Positions 26,453 to 30,463 of a stretch of 30,463 bases of DNA are shown in pieces; the first letter of the stretch is position 1; each line of letters opens with the position of its first letter. Made by a program: the position numbers and the translations under genes. The notes below the pieces were generated by a model. It had not been told where the DNA came from. It did no database searches and was given only the letters and a program-made list of their open reading frames with translations. Origin of the DNA: Prasinococcaceae sp. CCMP 1430 (lineage: Eukaryota; Plantae; Prasinodermophyta); assembly GCA_013416795.1 (NCBI GenBank), contig RQSC01000008.1, forward strand, positions 374,743 to 405,205, given 5' to 3'.

Positions 26453-27149
26453 GGGGGAGGGCGCACGCAAGCGCGTGGCGGAGAATACGGGAGCGCGGCG
26501 CGCAGCAGAGCGCAACGCGACGACGGCGCTCATGACGTCAGCGCCGCGCCGACGCGCGCCCATGGGGACCAATCGCCTCGCCCTCATCGGTGCGCTCACG
26601 CGGCCGCCGCGGCTGGCGCTGTGCCGCCCCGCCCCGCCTGCAGCGGCGCACGCAGGCGAAAGCACCCCCGAGGACATGACCGGCGCGACCGCATCGCAGC
26701 GCACGCCTCCGTGTCCGCCCCACACCTCGCCGTCCCGCCCTGCTCGCGCCCCCACGGCCGGCCGCTCGCCTGGTGCTGCATGCAATGCATCGCGTCGCCC
26801 CTCGGCCGGCTCTGCCGCGCGGTGCGCCACGGGCCTCGGCGAGGGCCCGCCCGCGAGCGCGGGCGCCGCATACATTGACAATGGTGACGGATGGACGCGC
26901 GGGCGTGCGGGTGGCGTGGCGGCGCTGACAGAGCGGGCAGCGGCGGCGGCCGCTGGCGCCGCCGCCGGCGCGCCGGCCCAGGAAAAAAAACAAACCCTAC
27001 GGCGGCCGCCGGCGCTCCTCCCGCGCGCACGCACCGATCGTGCCGATGTTGATCGTCGCCTGGCGCGAGATGACCTCGGGCGTGAGCGGCGTGAGCGAGC
27101 CCACGTCGAGGTTGTCCAGGGACTGCACCGACAGCCCGTCCGACGCCAT
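25118..27149 (-). CDS. EIF2S3: Translation initiation factor eIF2 gamma subunit (458 aa)
   Basis: Exon 1 is 27149-27035 ([18 protein letters not shown]). Intron 27034-26380 is GTGCGT..GCAG. Exon 2 is 26379-25118. Motifs [46 protein letters not shown] and HWRLIGWG. Confidence 0.98.
26403..26451. repeat. Poly-G49 (poly-C on the transcript) near the eIF2-gamma intron acceptor
   Basis: Seen directly. The length may be a sequencing artefact. Confidence 0.85.
26992..26999 (+). promoter_or_regulatory. Telo-box (AAACCCTA) at the 5' end of the eIF2-gamma intron
   Basis: Exact motif. Telo-boxes are established in the 5' regions of plant translation-machinery genes. Confidence 0.55.
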
Positions 27150-27681
27150 CTCCTCCGAAGGGGCGGAGAGGGGAGGGGAGGGGGGAGGCGCGCCGCGCGC
27201 GCGGTGTGGTGGCGCACCCGCGCCGCATTGGCCGTAAAAATTGAAAAATAAAAATACACCGTCAAAATGCACGCGAGCCGCAGGTCAAAACGAGACCCCT
27301 TTTTTCCCTCGCCGCGCATTTCCCGCGAAAAAGGCCGACGGAAAGCTTTTAAAAAAAAAGGCCCCGCGGGGCGCATGCACTTATTCGTCCGACGCGGCGC
27401 AAAAAAAACAAATCAAAGTCATCAAAAATCAAAATAAAAAAAAATCGGGCGCCGCCGGCGGCGCCATCCATTCGCCGCGCCGGGGGCAAAATTCGCCTCG
27501 CGCGTCAGGATTCATTTTGACGTATCTTAGAGCTCTCCCGCTCTCCCGTGGGGGAAATCTTGTGTTGATGGCGCTTGATGCGCTTGATGGCGGGCGCCAC
27601 AGAGCGCGCGCGCGGCGCTCAACCCCCCCCCCTCCCTTCCCTCCCTTCCCTCCCCCTTCCCCCCTCAGGAGGGAGCGCGCG

Positions 27682-30463
27682 ATGGCGCCCGGCGCGCCGT
27701 CGCAGGTGCTGCCGTCCAAGGAGGCGGGGCTGTTCAAGCAGATTGGTGCGCGCGCGCGGCGGCGGCGTTGCGGGCGGGCGGGCGGCGGAGGGCTCCGCGC
27801 GAGCCGAGCAGTGCGCGCGGCCGGTGCGCGCCTAGGGCCGCAGGCCGGGGGCGCTGCGCGGCGCACCGCCGAGGTGGAGCCGCCACAACGCACCGATGCC
27901 CACCGTTCGCCTGGCTGACTCGCTGTGCCACCACTCGTCGCCGCTGCATCGATGCACCGCCCGCCTGCCCGCCCGCCCGCCTGCCCGCTTGCCAATCCTG
28001 CCGCGCCAAACGCGGCGCGCCCGGCCCCACTCTCCTCCCCTATTCCCCCCCGCACCCCACCACCACCACCGCCACACAACACACACACACCCTTCACTCT
28101 ACCCCCTTCCCCTCCCGACGCACTGGCACGCGACAGTGAAACTCTACGAGCAGAAGCAGTACAAGAAGGGGCTGAAGACGGTGGAGCAGGTGCTTAAGAA
28201 GTGCCCCCAGCATGGCGAGACGCTCGCGATGAAGGGCCTCATCGTCTCGTGCCTGGGCGACGAGCGCAAGGAGGAGGCATACAAGCTCGTGCGCGAGGGC
28301 GTCAAGTACGACGTGCGCTCGTACGTGTGCTGGCACGTATACGGTCTGCTGTACCGCGCCGACCGCAACTACGCGGAGGCGATCAAGTGCTACCGCAACG
28401 CGCTGCGCCTGGAGAAGGAGAACGTGCAGATCATGCGCGACCTCTGCCTGCTGCAGGCGCAGTGCCACGACTGGGAGGGGTTCGCCGAGACGCGCCGGCA
28501 GCTGCTCGTGCTCAAGCCCAGCCAGCGCAACAACTGGATCGGCTTCGCGGTGGCGCAGCACATGGCGGGCAAGCACGCGGAAGCGCTGGACATCGTCGCG
28601 AAGTACGAGGGCACCCTGGAGTCGGTGCCCCCGGAGGGCGAGGAATACGAACACAGCGAGCTGCAGATGTACAAAAGCATGGTCCTCGAGGAGAGCGGCG
28701 ACAAGGCCGGCGCGCTCAAGCTGTTGCAGGAGCAAGAGAAGCACATCGTCGACAAGCTGGGCCTGCAGGAGGCGACGGCGCGCCTCAAGGCCGAGACGGG
28801 CGACAGCGAGGGCGCCGTGGCGGCGTACGCCGCGCTGGTGGAGCGCAACCCTGACCACCTGGGCTACCACGCCGCTCTGCGCGAGGCCAAGGGCCTCGCT
28901 GGGGACACGCCGGGCTCGGAGGCCAAGGCGGCGCTTCTCGCGCTTTACGCAGACCTGAGCGCGCGCCACCCAAAGGCAGTGGCGCCCCGGCGCCTGCCGC
29001 TGGACTTCTTGGATGGGGAGGACTTCGAATCCGCCCTAGAGCTCTACATGCGCCCTTTCCTGACCAAGGGCGTGCCGTCGCTGTACTCCGACCTGTCAAA
29101 GCTACAGGAGGACCCCGCGCGCGCCGCGATCATGACGAAGGTGATCGCCGCCACCGTCGACTCGCTGCGTGCGGGCAAGGGTTTCGCGGGCCCGGCGCGG
29201 GAGGGCGAGGGCGCGCCTGGCCCGGCGACGCTCATGTGGGCGCTGCTGCTGCAGGCGCAGCACCTCGGCCTCGGCCTGTCGCCGCCGCGCTTCGACGACG
29301 CGCTGGCTGCCATCGACGAGGCCATCGCGCACACGCCCACCGTGGTGGACCTGTACGTGGCAAAGGGCGACATCCTGGCGGCCGCCGGAGACGACGAGGG
29401 CGCGGCCGAGCTCTGCGACGAGGCGCGCTCGATGGACCTCGCCGACCGCTACCTGAACTCCAAGGCCGCCATGATGATGATGCGCGCGGGCAAGCCGGAG
29501 CTCGCCGAGGAGCGCGCGTCCATGTTCGCCAAGGACCCCGACGGCGGCCCGCAGAACAACCTCTTCGACATGCAGTGCATGTGGTACGAGCTCGAGGCGG
29601 GCGCCGCGTGGGAGGAGCGCCGCGACACGGGCCGCGCGCTCAAGAAGCTGCTGGCGGTGGAGACGCACTACAACGACATCGACGAGGACCAGTTCGACTT
29701 CCACTCGTACTGCCTGCGCAAGATGACGCTGCGCGCGTACGTGAAGATGCTGCGCATGGAGGACAGGCTGCGCGAGAAGGAACCCTTCCGCAGGGCTGCC
29801 GCGGGCGCGGTCCGGCTTTTCTGCGGCCTGCACGACGTGCCCGCGGCAGAGCAGAACGCCGCGGCGGAGGAGGCGCTCTACGCGGGCATGAGCGCCATCG
29901 AGCGCAAGCGCGCCAAGCAGAAGGCGCGCAAGGAGGAGCAGCGCCGCGCCAAGGCCGAGGAGGCGCGCCTCGCCAAGGAGGCGGCGGACAGGGAGGCGGC
30001 GGAGGCGGAGGCCGCCAAGGACGGCAAGGAGAAGCGCCCGTCGGCGCCGCCCAAGCCCGCCGACCCCGACCCGCACGGCGCCAGGCTGGCCGCCACGGAG
30101 ACGCCGCTGGACGACGCGCTGCGCCTGCTCAAGCACCTGGAGGCCACATCTGCGTCGCTGCCGCTCACGCACGCGCTCTCGCACGACGTGCACTCGCGGC
30201 GGGACAAGCCGCTGCTGGCGCTGGTGGCCGTCAAGAAGGGCGTGGCGCTCGACGCGGCCGACCCGGACGTACACCTCGCTGCCACACGCTTCTTCGCCAG
30301 GCACGGCGCGGACGGCACCGCGGGCGGCGTGGAGGGCCCCATGGTGGGGGCGATCGCCGCCGAGGCGGCCAAGGTGCTGGGCGGCGCGGCGAGCGCCCTC
30401 GAGTACGCGCGCGCGTGGCAGGCTGCCAACGGCGGCAGGAGCGTCGCGCACGCCGCCGCCGCG
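27682..30463 (+). CDS. NAA15: N-alpha-acetyltransferase 15, NatA auxiliary subunit; 3'-partial
   Basis: Exon 1 is 27682-27745 (MAPGAPSQVLPSKEAGLFKQI). Intron 27746-28136 is GTGCGC..ACAG. Exon 2 starts at 28137: VKLYEQKQYKKGLK..HGETLAMKGL..VCWHVYGLLYRADRNY.EAIKCY, later KGVPSLY, MDLADRYLNSK, DMQCMWY and EDQFDFHSYCLRKMTLRAY. It runs off the window. Confidence 0.96.

Noticed and set aside
26535-26595. Possible C/D snoRNA in the eIF2-gamma intron (minus-strand GATGA...CTGA)
   Set aside because: Box C is poor, the span is only ~50 nt and GC-rich, and I saw no rRNA guide complementarity.
29102-30451. 449 aa minus-strand ORF
   Set aside because: It is an antisense shadow of NAA15.
1-30463. Nucleosome-scale CG periodicity (DNMT5-type linker methylation) or introner-like introns
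   Set aside because: CG clustering is visible but I cannot establish periodicity by eye; it needs autocorrelation or Fourier analysis. The introns share composition but not alignable sequence, so there is no evidence for introner elements.

Overview
Gene-dense, very GC- and CpG-rich eukaryotic DNA, most consistent with a prasinophyte-type green alga. This rests on plant-type ORC6, AMT1 and PPO-like genes, telo-boxes and GTGCG..CAG introns; the species cannot be determined. The window is a draft assembly, with a 117-nt N gap at 13292-13408 and a single N at 22014. In order, the supported genes are: (-) a large secreted or surface protein missed by the ORF track (signal peptide, two BACON-like Ig domains, about 14 near-identical 49-50 aa beta-propeller repeats, then Cys-rich CxxCPAG repeats running off the left edge); (+) EMC3 lacking its 5' exon(s); (+) ORC6; (-) AMT1; (-) an EF-hand/TM/kringle/subtilisin/NIDO-like protease; (-) a KDM2/KDM7-type JmjC protein; (+) a degenerate protoporphyrinogen-oxidase-like protein; (+) cytosolic HSP70 with exon 1 missing at the N; (+) a 3-exon PPPDE-like protein; (-) eIF2-gamma; and (+) NAA15 running off the right edge. 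I found no mobile element, CRISPR array or RNA gene. The most unusual items are the propeller-repeat surface protein, whose variation is confined to a few loop sites and recurs as cassettes, and the membrane-anchored multidomain subtilisin. All domain calls are by-eye motif recognition, not database hits.
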